A stretch of DNA of 40,268 bases from Deltaproteobacteria bacterium. Lineage in GTDB: Bacteria; SAR324; NAC60-12. A program made the position numbers and the translations under genes. The number at the start of each line of letters is the position of its first letter. Positions within the stretch are counted from its first letter, which is position 1. The stretch is taken from contig JAYOTF010000021.1 of assembly GCA_038150265.1 (NCBI GenBank), forward strand, positions 7,537 through 47,804, written 5' to 3'. The notes beneath the pieces were generated by a model, which saw only the letters and a program-made list of their open reading frames with translations, was not told the DNA's origin and did not search any database. This document shows positions 8,370 through 16,665 of the stretch, in pieces.

Positions 8370-9817
8370 CGTCGTTTCCTGCCCTTCGCGTCTGGCAACA
8401 GGTGCGCCGCTCATCCGCGCTCCGTTTGGCATTGTGGCTTTCCGGCCTGTTCAGTGTGACTGGATTCGTCGCCGGACTGATTTCCTGGTCGATTCTTGGC
8501 CATGAACTGGAGCAGCGTCTGATCGAAGACGCCCAGGCCCTCGCAAACGGGCTTCAGGTCAACCTCGAACGGTCCGGACCCGAGGCGCTTTCCCGCTCCG
8601 TTCAGGCCCTCAGCCAGATCAATGAATCACACGAGACGCTGTACTTCTTCTCTGCTCCCGGGCAGGAATCCGTTGGAGATATCAGTTGGGTGACACCTTT
8701 TTCCGGGATCCGGACGCTCCTGCCAGACAAGGATTTTGGCATCGTTGGAGAACCTGCAGGAACTCCGGAGCCCGAGAGGGACGAGGAAATGGGAGGAGGG
8801 CAGGAGGAAAGTTACCTCGCGTTTGGCATCTGGACCCCACAGGGGCAGATCGTGGTGGCACGAGACCGACAGCGCGTCCTCAACAGCCAGCAGGTGCTGA
8901 TGGAATCAATTGGCTGGGGACTCGGGGGCGCCTTTGCCATCACCATGCTGCTCGCCTTCGCGATTGCACGACGCGATGCCCGCCGGGTTGCACAGCTCAA
9001 TGACGTCTTGCACACCGTGGCCTCCGGAGACTTTCAGGCCCGGGTTCCGGGAATCGACCGGATTGAAGACGACCTTGGGCAGGTGGGAACTGGGCTGAAC
9101 CAGATGCTCGAACGGCTGGAGACCAACGTGGAACGACTGGCTCAGGTCTCCGCTGACATTGCCCACGACCTGCGTTCCCCGCTGACTCAGCTCCGGTTGC
9201 GACTGGAGCCTCATGCCCTGCGGAGTGACCTTCCGCACGACACCCGGATGGCCATTGCCGCCTCGCTGGAAAGCCTCACGCAGATTGCCCACAGCTTTGA
9301 CGCCATCCTCCAGCTGTCGCAACTGGAAACAGGAAACCTGGTGCTGGAGACGGTTCCGGTCAACCTGAACCCGTTGGTGCACGACCTTCTGGAAATGCTG
9401 GCTCCGGTTGCTGAAGAAATGGGGCACGTGCTACACGGCACGGTGCCGACGGCTCCGGTTTGGGTGGAGGGAAATGCGGGGATGCTGTCGCAGGCCCTCG
9501 TGAATCTGATCAACAACGCGCTGCTGCACTCTCCGGAGCCGACCCCGGTTCAGATGAACCTGACTCGGGAGGCGTCCCAAGCGGTGCTGTCGGTTTCCGA
9601 TCATGGCCCCGGCATTCCTCTGGAAGAGCAGGAGAAGGTGCTCCAGCGCTTCTATCGCCTCGACCGAAGCCGCTACCGTCCGGGGGCGGGCCTGGGATTG
9701 AGCCTGGTGAACGCAATCGTGCAGTTGCACTCCGGACGCCTGGAGCTTGCTGACAATGCCCCGGGATTGCGCGTCACGCTGCACCTGCCCGTGTCAGCTC
9801 AGCCATTGCCTGAATGA
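8366..9817 (+). CDS. Two-TM HAMP sensor histidine kinase
   Basis: Two TM helices, HAMP, IAHDLRSPL, NLINNAL, DHGPGI, FYRLDRSR, GAGLGLS. Confidence 0.95.
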   Translation: MTSFPALRVWQQVRRSSALRLALWLSGLFSVTGFVAGLISWSILGHELEQRLIEDAQALANGLQVNLERSGPEALSRSVQALSQINESHETLYFFSAPGQESVGDISWVTPFSGIRTLLPDKDFGIVGEPAGTPEPERDEEMGGGQEESYLAFGIWTPQGQIVVARDRQRVLNSQQVLMESIGWGLGGAFAITMLLAFAIARRDARRVAQLNDVLHTVASGDFQARVPGIDRIEDDLGQVGTGLNQMLERLETNVERLAQVSADIAHDLRSPLTQLRLRLEPHALRSDLPHDTRMAIAASLESLTQIAHSFDAILQLSQLETGNLVLETVPVNLNPLVHDLLEMLAPVAEEMGHVLHGTVPTAPVWVEGNAGMLSQALVNLINNALLHSPEPTPVQMNLTREASQAVLSVSDHGPGIPLEEQEKVLQRFYRLDRSRYRPGAGLGLSLVNAIVQLHSGRLELADNAPGLRVTLHLPVSAQPLPE

Positions 9818-10005
9818 CCCCTCAGCGCTCACGTTGGGGGAAGTGAGTGTCTCAGGGAGGAAGTCAGAGTTGGTGAAGAAACCAGTCGTGGGGCATCCCG
9901 CAGGATCACCCAAGTGGGTGGGGGATGATGGGGGATCGGGAACGAGTTGGGCCACAGCTCTTGCGCTGTGATCCGCTTAAGTCCCTGATTTTCAAAAGGA
10001 GCCCT

Positions 10006-10082
10006 TGGTAGCAGGGGAGAGATTTGAACTCTCGACCTCGGGGTTATGAATCCCGCGCTCTCACCAACTGAGCTACCCTGCC
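10006..10082 (-). tRNA. tRNA with CAT anticodon, most likely elongator tRNA-Met
   Basis: Reverse complement GGCAGGGTAGCTCAGTTGGTGAGAGCGCGGGATTCATAACCCCGAGGTCGAGAGTTCAAATCTCTCCCCTGCTACCA folds as a cloverleaf with encoded CCA. G1-U72 pair argues against initiator; no C4:G69/C5:G68 argues against Ile2. Confidence 0.93.
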
Positions 10083-10112
10083 AAGGAAACCGTTAATTAT
10101 GGCGACCTTGCT

Positions 10113-10577
10113 TCATTTCGCAAGTAATTTTTCGCGCCGGCTCGCATCCCGGAAGGCCTGAGCCTGCTCAATGACCCGCACCGTCTCGCCCCACAGCCCG
10201 AGCGGGGCCAGCTCCTGCAGGGGCACCCACTCGGCGTGCTGGGCGTCATCTGCCGCCTGAGGGGTTCCGGAAGCCCACTCGGCCCAGAAGTCTACCAGCG
10301 TGTAGTGAAAGCGAGGCGTCCCTTCTGCGTCTCGGGTGATGGAGTCGATGACCTCAAGGAACTGCAGCTCCTGCAGCTCGACTCCGGTTTCTTCCTGAAC
10401 CTCGCGCCGAGCGGTCTCCCGGACGGTTTCCCCCACCTGCTGGGCACCTCCGGGGAGGCTCCACTCGTCCTGGCGCGGAGGGCGTCCCCGACGGATCAGG
10501 AGCACGGTGTCTTCCTTCAGCACCACCACTCCGACTCCGATGAAGGGACGGCTCGGGTATTCTCGTGATTCAGCCAT
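10113..10577 (-). CDS. NUDIX hydrolase (ADP-ribose pyrophosphatase-like)
   Basis: Nudix box GGAQQVGETVRETARREVQEETG; likely start MAESREYPSRP. Confidence 0.92.
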   Translation of the reverse strand: MAESREYPSRPFIGVGVVVLKEDTVLLIRRGRPPRQDEWSLPGGAQQVGETVRETARREVQEETGVELQELQFLEVIDSITRDAEGTPRFHYTLVDFWAEWASGTPQAADDAQHAEWVPLQELAPLGLWGETVRVIEQAQAFRDASRREKLLAK

Positions 10578-10666
10578 AAATTGCAATTTAAGTTGTGATT
10601 CAGGCGCAGATCCCGTACCCTGAAGGGGTGTTCGTTGCCCCGCACCCTTACCCAATGAAGCGACCC

Positions 10667-10882
10667 ATGGCCTTTCCCGGACTGCACGCCACCGATGAAG
10701 CACAGCGAGAGCAGGTCCTCAATGACCTCACGGCCATTCAGCTCATGACCGAGTGGCTGGACACCCCCAACCTCAGCCCACGCCAGCAGCAGCTCTGCCT
10801 GCGTGCCATTCAGGAGCGCGTCCAGGCGCTCGCCCTCCGGGCTCAGTCTCCTTCCTCCAGAGTCTGCAGCAACCCGGCATAA
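10667..10882 (+). CDS. Small helical protein resembling a stand-alone, His-less HisKA (DHp) hairpin
   Basis: LNDLTAIQLMTEWL-DTPNLSPRQQQLCLRAIQERVQAL pattern; fills the gap between NUDIX and the ABC gene; 40-nt convergent overlap with the ABC gene. Confidence 0.4.
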   Translation: MAFPGLHATDEAQREQVLNDLTAIQLMTEWLDTPNLSPRQQQLCLRAIQERVQALALRAQSPSSRVCSNPA

Positions 10883-12663
10883 ACGCCGTTTTGTGCCACC
10901 AGCGCATCGTGTGTGCCGCGCTCCACGACCTCTCCAGACTGCATCACCAGGATCTCGCTCGAGTGCCGGATCGTGCTCAGGCGGTGGGCAATGGCGATCA
11001 CCGTCTTGTCTCGGAAGATGCGCTCAATGGCGCGCTGAATCAGGTTCTCGGTCACGGAATCCACTGAGCTGGTCGCTTCATCGAGCACAATCAGGTCACT
11101 CTGAGCAGCAATCGCCCGAGCAAACACCACCAGCCGTGACTCTCCTGCCGAGAGGTTCTTCCCATTCTCCAGCAGCCCATACTCGTAGGTGCCCGGAAGG
11201 CGCTCAATGAACTCACTGGCATAAACGTACTGCGCCGCCGCCCGGATTTCTTCCGGACCGACCTCCTCGCGTCCCAACGCAATGTTGAAGGCAATGGACT
11301 CCTCAAAGAGGTAGGTGTCCTGCTGCATCATCGCGACCAACCGGTTCAGCGCCCGTCGAGGAATGTCCGAAAGCTCCACGCCATTGAGCTGCACCGACCC
11401 CTCGTAAGCGCCGTACATCCGGGTCAGGATCCGCACAATGGTCGACTTTCCGGAGCCCGTTGTTCCGACAATCGCCAGGCGATCGCCCTTCCTGACCTGA
11501 AACGACACGCCCTTCAGCACCCACGGACCCGTCGGGTCGTAACGGAAGCGGACGTTGCGGAACTCCAGGGACTCGAAGGTGTCAAAGCGTGGGTCTTCCG
11601 GAGCCCAGGCCTCGGCAGCCGTTTCCTCCGGAGCCTCCCGGAAGAGGGCGTCGATGTTTTCCAGAGACGACAGGGACCGCTGAAAGACCGAAATCTGCTG
11701 GGTGAACTCCCGGATCGGCACAAAGATCCGGTGGAGCGTATTGATGAAGCCCACCAGGGTGCCGATGCTGACCACCCCCGCCAGGATCTGGCCCGATCCA
11801 TACCAGAGCATGAAGGCCAGTGCCACCGAGGTGATGCCTTCGATGACACTGAAGAGCGCCGCGTCATAGAAATTGGAGCCCGACTGCGCCTTGAAGAACC
11901 GCCGGGTCTTCGCCTCGTAGCGCGCCTGCACCTTCAGCTCGGCCGCATACAGCTGAACCGTCTTGACCCCGTTGAGGCACTCCTGCAGGTAGCCGGTCGC
12001 ATCGGCCAACGCCTCACGGGTCAGGTTGTAGTAGTGCCGCAACCGCGCCCGGAGGAAGTTGCTCACGAGGTAAATGGGCGGCAGGATCAGCAGCACCACC
12101 AGGGTCAGCTTCCAGCTGATGCTGAAGAGCAGAATCAGCAGCGCCGTTGTCTTGATGGCATCGGTAAAGATGGACAGCACCCCAACGGCCAGGGACTCAT
12201 TGAGGGCCTCCATGTCGCTGGTGATGCGTGTCAGGATGACACCGACCGGGCGCTTGTCAAAGAAGGAGCGGGGCATGGAGAGGACGTGCTGGTACAGCTC
12301 GCTCCGCATGGAGCTGATTGCCAGCTGCCCTGCCCGTTGCAAGGAGAAGGTATACAGGGAGTCCGCGAGGTATCCCCCGAAAATGGCCCCACCCAGTAGG
12401 GTCGACATCCACACCAGCCCTTCGAGGTCACGCGGCACAATGGTGTCGTCAATGATGCGGATGATCAGCCAGGGAATCAGGAGGGTGGCTCCGACCCCAA
12501 ACGGGATGGAGCCGAGGCCCATGACGATCCACCGCCAGTGGGGCTTGAGGTACACCAGGTAACGCTGAAGCAGCTGCCAGTCGGTCACCTGCTTTTCGGG
12601 GGTGGAGGCTCCGGCCTCTTGAGCAGGAGCCTTTTGCGTCAGCGTTCCGGGAGCGGAAGCCAT
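10843..12663 (-). CDS. ABC exporter, fused permease + ATPase (MdlB/TM288-like half transporter)
   Basis: About 6 TM helices, GTTGSGKST, degenerate signature LSAGE, IVLDEATS, IAHRLST. Confidence 0.93.
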   Translation of the reverse strand: MASAPGTLTQKAPAQEAGASTPEKQVTDWQLLQRYLVYLKPHWRWIVMGLGSIPFGVGATLLIPWLIIRIIDDTIVPRDLEGLVWMSTLLGGAIFGGYLADSLYTFSLQRAGQLAISSMRSELYQHVLSMPRSFFDKRPVGVILTRITSDMEALNESLAVGVLSIFTDAIKTTALLILLFSISWKLTLVVLLILPPIYLVSNFLRARLRHYYNLTREALADATGYLQECLNGVKTVQLYAAELKVQARYEAKTRRFFKAQSGSNFYDAALFSVIEGITSVALAFMLWYGSGQILAGVVSIGTLVGFINTLHRIFVPIREFTQQISVFQRSLSSLENIDALFREAPEETAAEAWAPEDPRFDTFESLEFRNVRFRYDPTGPWVLKGVSFQVRKGDRLAIVGTTGSGKSTIVRILTRMYGAYEGSVQLNGVELSDIPRRALNRLVAMMQQDTYLFEESIAFNIALGREEVGPEEIRAAAQYVYASEFIERLPGTYEYGLLENGKNLSAGESRLVVFARAIAAQSDLIVLDEATSSVDSVTENLIQRAIERIFRDKTVIAIAHRLSTIRHSSEILVMQSGEVVERGTHDALVAQNGVYAGLLQTLEEGD

Positions 12664-13946
12664 TAGCCGCGGACCTGCTGCAGGCGTTGCTCAACGGCTG
12701 CCAGCTGCACGCAGTTGACAAAGACCTTCATCGCCTGATCAAGCTCGTCCTGTTCCGGAAAGGACGGAGCCAGGCGGATGTTGGAGTCCTTTGGATCCTT
12801 GCCATACGGGAAGGTGGCGCCTGCTGGAGTCAGCTTCACCCCCACTTCTGCAGCCAGGGCGACAATCCGCTGGGCCGTTCCGGCAGGAGCATCAAAGCTC
12901 ACAAAGTACCCGCCTTCCGGGCGGCTCCAGGTTCCCATTTCCCGTCCATCCAGCACACTGAGGTGCTGCTGCACCAGCTCAAACTTCGGACGCAGGATTT
13001 CCGCATGCTTCTTCATGTGTTCCAGCAGGCCCTTGAAGTCCTTGAAGAACTGCATGTGGCGTTGCTGGTTCACCTTGTTCGGGCCAATCGCCATGATGCT
13101 GTAGCGCTTCTTGAAGTGATCCAGGTTGTGTTTGGAGGCACCCAGGAAGCTGACTCCGGCTCCGGCGTAGCTGATCTTCGAGGTCGATCCAACCTGAATC
13201 ACCGAGTCCTCGGTCCCGTGGTGCCGGCAGCGTTCCATGATGTTCGAGAGCACGGGTGGGTTGTCATGCAGGTCATGAACGGAGTAGGCGTTGTCCCAGA
13301 TCACCCGGAAGTGAGGCCCGGCGATCTTCCCCAGGGCCGCAATGCGGTCCACGGTTTCATCGGAGTAGACATGCCCCGTCGGGTTGGAGTACTTGGGCAC
13401 ACACCACATTCCCTTGATGCTCGGGTCCTTGCTGACCAACTCCTCAACGGCGTCCATGTCGGGTCCCTCTTCATTGAGGGAGACGTTGATCATCTCAATG
13501 CCCAGCTCTTCGCAGATGGAGAAGTGGCGATCGTATCCGGGCACCACGGCCAGGAACTTCACGTCTCCTTCGTCACGCCAGGCGGTGCCCCGGCCCATCG
13601 GCCCCACGTTCATGGCCCAATTGAGGTAGAGGTACATGAGGGAGAGGCTGGTGTGGTCGCCGGCAAAGACCTCGGACACATGAACTCCCAGCAGGGCGGC
13701 TCCCAGCTTCCGGGCGGCAGGGATGCCATCGAGGCCACCGTAGTTGCGCAGATCCGTTCCATCTTCCAGAAACAGGTCCGCGCGTGACAGGCCCTCCATG
13801 CCATCGGCCAGGTCCAGCTGCGCAGTGGCCGGCTTGCCTCGGGTCACATCCAGCTTCAGGCCAGCCTCACGAAAGGCCTCATGCTGACTGGTTAAGGCGC
13901 GGGCCTGGGCAATCAATTCCGATTCATTCATCTCACTCAGTTTCAC
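12663..13946 (-). CDS. PLP-dependent class I/II aminotransferase (Rv3722c-like aspartate aminotransferase family)
   Basis: LDVTRGKP, RNYGGLDGI, PGYDRHF, VPKYSNPTG, WDNAY, STSKIS (PLP Lys), NIRLAPS; start taken at GTG 13946 after GGAG. Confidence 0.9.
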   Translation of the reverse strand: MKLSEMNESELIAQARALTSQHEAFREAGLKLDVTRGKPATAQLDLADGMEGLSRADLFLEDGTDLRNYGGLDGIPAARKLGAALLGVHVSEVFAGDHTSLSLMYLYLNWAMNVGPMGRGTAWRDEGDVKFLAVVPGYDRHFSICEELGIEMINVSLNEEGPDMDAVEELVSKDPSIKGMWCVPKYSNPTGHVYSDETVDRIAALGKIAGPHFRVIWDNAYSVHDLHDNPPVLSNIMERCRHHGTEDSVIQVGSTSKISYAGAGVSFLGASKHNLDHFKKRYSIMAIGPNKVNQQRHMQFFKDFKGLLEHMKKHAEILRPKFELVQQHLSVLDGREMGTWSRPEGGYFVSFDAPAGTAQRIVALAAEVGVKLTPAGATFPYGKDPKDSNIRLAPSFPEQDELDQAMKVFVNCVQLAAVEQRLQQVRG

Positions 13947-14280
13947 GATGCTCCATCTACCATGCTTGAGGGTTGGGGGATTTGCTTGAAAGCGCATCAA
14001 AGTAGTCTAGGTTTTCCCAACAACAACGCAATCGGAATTCCCAGCACGAAGCCGGGGCCAGGCCCCTTCCACCCGATTGCCGGGGCCACCCGGTCGAGAA
14101 AAACTTACGTCTTTCTCCACAATGCGGCACGATACCCACCTGATTCCGATGCCGCTTGAGTCAAGCCGTTTGCTTCATCGGTGAACCAATCCCTAGCGGA
14201 CGTGGCGACCGAATTCCGCACTATCGTCCCCACACCCCCCAATTTAGGGAATTTCCTCATCACCCATGCCCAGGAATGGT

Positions 14281-14907
14281 ATGCCCCCCTTCAAACTTGC
14301 CCCCTCCATCCTTTCTGCAAACTTTGCCCGCCTCGGAGACGAGGTCCAGGCTGCAGAGGCAGCCGGAGCCGACTACATTCATTTCGATGTAATGGACGGT
14401 CATTTTGTTCCGAATATTACCATCGGCCCCCTGGTTGCCCGCTCGCTCTTTCCCCTCACCCAGCTGGCCCTGGACGTCCATTTAATGATTGAGGCCCCAG
14501 ATCGCTACCTTGAGGATTTTGCCGAGGCAGGCGCCTCCATTTTGACCATCCAGCGGATCAAGCAGCTCGGGGTTCGGGCCGGCGTTAGCCTCAATCCAGC
14601 CACGCCGATTTCAGTGCTTGAGGAAATCCTCCCCGACCTCGATCTGGTGCTCCTGATGTCGGTTAATCCCGGATTTGGCGGGCAGTCCTATATTCCACAA
14701 AGTACACGGAAGATCAAACAGTTACGGAAGATGATGGAGGCCGTTTCCAGCTCTGCGGAACTCGAGGTCGACGGGGGCATCAATGTCCATACCCTCCCTG
14801 AAGTGATCGCGGCTGGAGCCGATGTCGTTGTTGCCGGATCGGCGGTCTTTAACCACGAACGGAGCATTGCCGAGAACATCCAACTGCTGCGTCAAAGCGC
14901 CTCCTAA
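14281..14907 (+). CDS. rpe: Ribulose-phosphate 3-epimerase with apparent internal in-frame deletion
   Basis: APSILSA, IHFDVMDGHFVPN, DVHLM, MSVNPGFGGQ, EVDGG, VAGSA; the usual H-x-E...H-R segment after ASILTI is missing. Confidence 0.92.
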   Translation: MPPFKLAPSILSANFARLGDEVQAAEAAGADYIHFDVMDGHFVPNITIGPLVARSLFPLTQLALDVHLMIEAPDRYLEDFAEAGASILTIQRIKQLGVRAGVSLNPATPISVLEEILPDLDLVLLMSVNPGFGGQSYIPQSTRKIKQLRKMMEAVSSSAELEVDGGINVHTLPEVIAAGADVVVAGSAVFNHERSIAENIQLLRQSAS

Positions 14908-14995
14908 TCCGCTCCTCTCTTCATGCTCCGCCAGCCTCCTACTTACCTCCGGCTGGCGCTCTCCCAGCCCCTTGCCCCACTGGATTCTCCCTTCA

Positions 14996-15199
14996 TTACA
15001 AATTTATACATTTGTAAACTAACCTCGCTCTCCATGCGGGTTTCCAACGATTGACTCTAAAAGGCCCGCCTTCAATTTCTACTCAATCTCCTCATTGAGT
15101 AAAATAATACTTGAACCTGATAGACCTTATCAGGTAATAACTGTTTCTAGAAGTTGCCATGGCAACCCCAGGTTGCTTCTATACGAACTGAAACAGTTA
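14996..15199. promoter_or_regulatory. AT-rich intergenic region with multiple inverted repeats (operators and/or structured leader)
   Basis: TTACAAAT-N6-ATTTGTAA (14996-15017); TACTCAAT-N6-ATTGAGTA (15080-15101); ACCTGATA-N5-TATCAGGT (15115-15135); GTTGCCATGGCAAC (15153-15166); TAACTGTTTC/GAAACAGTTA (15138-15147/15190-15199). Confidence 0.6.
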
Positions 15200-15224
15200 A
15201 TGATTTCCCAAAGGAGATTTTGAA

Positions 15225-15581
15225 ATGGAAATGACGCAGAAAGAAGCCCAAAAATTTATGGATGAAGTGGAAGCGCTGGCCGAGCAAATGACCGAAGGGG
15301 CGACGGCTCGGACCCTGAAAATGACTCCGGCGAAGCTCAATCGGAAGATGCTTGAAGCCTGCCGCATGCTCAAGAAATTCCCTCCCACCTTCTCCAGCAA
15401 GCGCAAGCCTCGGGTTTCCAAGCGTGGGCACTACGATCAGATCCGCACCTCCGGACGCGGGGGCGCTTCCAAGCGGGTTCCGATCCCTTCTTACGTTTTT
15501 GATTCCCTCGGTTGGGATGCCGGTGATCGGGTGAAGATTTACAAGTCCGGTAAAAGCAAGATTGTCATCGAGAAGCTCTAA
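15225..15581 (+). CDS. AbrB/MazE/SpoVT-family DNA-binding domain protein with helical N-terminal domain
   Basis: AAGGAG RBS; C-terminal IRTSGRGGASKRVPIPSYVFDSLGWDAGDRVKIYKSGKSKIVIEKL fits the swapped-hairpin pattern. Confidence 0.75.
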   Translation: MEMTQKEAQKFMDEVEALAEQMTEGATARTLKMTPAKLNRKMLEACRMLKKFPPTFSSKRKPRVSKRGHYDQIRTSGRGGASKRVPIPSYVFDSLGWDAGDRVKIYKSGKSKIVIEKL

Positions 15582-15659
15582 CCCGCCTCGGATCTTGTCG
15601 CTCAGTACGGGGCCACGGCTCCGTACGGATCCCCCCTCTTTATTTTCAAGTGTACCTCC

Positions 15660-16661
15660 ATGAACCTTGTGCATCGCCCCCGTCGTCTGCGCCGGACGGC
15701 CCCCATCCGTTCCCTGGTCCGGGAAACTCAGCTGGTGCCCCAGCAACTCATCTACCCCATCTTTGTCACCGAAGGCTCCAGCGTCCGGGAGCCGATCGCC
15801 ACCATGCCCGGACAGTTCCGCCTTTCCATTGATGAGGTGGTCCGGGAGTGCGAGGAATTGATCCAGCTCGGCATTGGCGCTGTGAACCTCTTTGGCTACT
15901 CCCCCATGAAGGACAGCACCGGAAAGTCCGCATGGGATCCGGCCGGGCTGATCCCCAGTTGCGTCCGAGCCATCCGCCGAGCCCACCCGGACTTCTGCAT
16001 CCAGACCGATGTGGCCCTTGACCCCTACACCCCCCACGGACACGATGGCCTGGTCCGTAACGGAGAAATCGTCAACGACGAAACCGTGGACGCGCTCGCT
16101 CGCATGGCCCTCTGCCACGCTGAAGCCGGTGTGGACTGGGTGGCGCCTTCTGACATGATGGATGGACGCATCGGAGCCCTTCGGGAGACGCTGGATGCCA
16201 ACGGCTTTGAACAGGTCGGCCTGCTGGCCTACTCCGCCAAGTACGCGTCCTGCTTCTATGGCCCCTTCCGGGGCGCCCTCGATTCCGCCCCCAAAGCCAC
16301 GGGCGCTCCCAAGGACAAGAAGACCTACCAGATGGACCCGGCGAACCTCCGGGAAGCCATCCGAGAGGTCACCCTCGACCTGGAGGAAGGGGCCGATGTC
16401 GTCATGGTGAAGCCGGCTCTGGCCTACCTGGACGTCATCCGGACCATCCGGGAGGAGTTTGATGCCCCCGTTGCGGCGTACAACGTCTCCGGCGAGTACG
16501 CGATGATCCTCGCCTCTGCCGAACGCGGCTGGGTCGAAAAGGACCGCGCCATGATGGAAGTCCTCCTGTCCATCCGTCGCGCCGGCGCTGACATGATCCT
16601 GACGTACTTTGCCAAGGACGCCGCCCGGCTCCTCTGTGACCACTACACCGACTTCGCCTGA
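15660..16661 (+). CDS. hemB: Porphobilinogen synthase (delta-aminolevulinic acid dehydratase), Zn-independent type
   Basis: RPRRLR, DVALDPYTPHGHDG, APSDMMDGR, SAKYASCFYGPFR, YQMD, MVKP, YNVSGEY. Confidence 0.97.
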   Translation: MNLVHRPRRLRRTAPIRSLVRETQLVPQQLIYPIFVTEGSSVREPIATMPGQFRLSIDEVVRECEELIQLGIGAVNLFGYSPMKDSTGKSAWDPAGLIPSCVRAIRRAHPDFCIQTDVALDPYTPHGHDGLVRNGEIVNDETVDALARMALCHAEAGVDWVAPSDMMDGRIGALRETLDANGFEQVGLLAYSAKYASCFYGPFRGALDSAPKATGAPKDKKTYQMDPANLREAIREVTLDLEEGADVVMVKPALAYLDVIRTIREEFDAPVAAYNVSGEYAMILASAERGWVEKDRAMMEVLLSIRRAGADMILTYFAKDAARLLCDHYTDFA

Positions 16662-16665
16662 CCCC

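Noticed and set aside
10006..10082. Initiator tRNA-fMet or tRNA-Ile2 assignment
   Set aside because: Position 1-72 is paired (G-U) and the acceptor stem lacks the Ile2-type C4/C5 pairs; elongator Met preferred, pending tRNAscan-SE.
15605..15626. Hairpin GTACGGGGCC-AC-GGCTCCGTAC between the AbrB-like gene and hemB
   Set aside because: No immediate U-tract, so it cannot be called a terminator; may be a stability hairpin.
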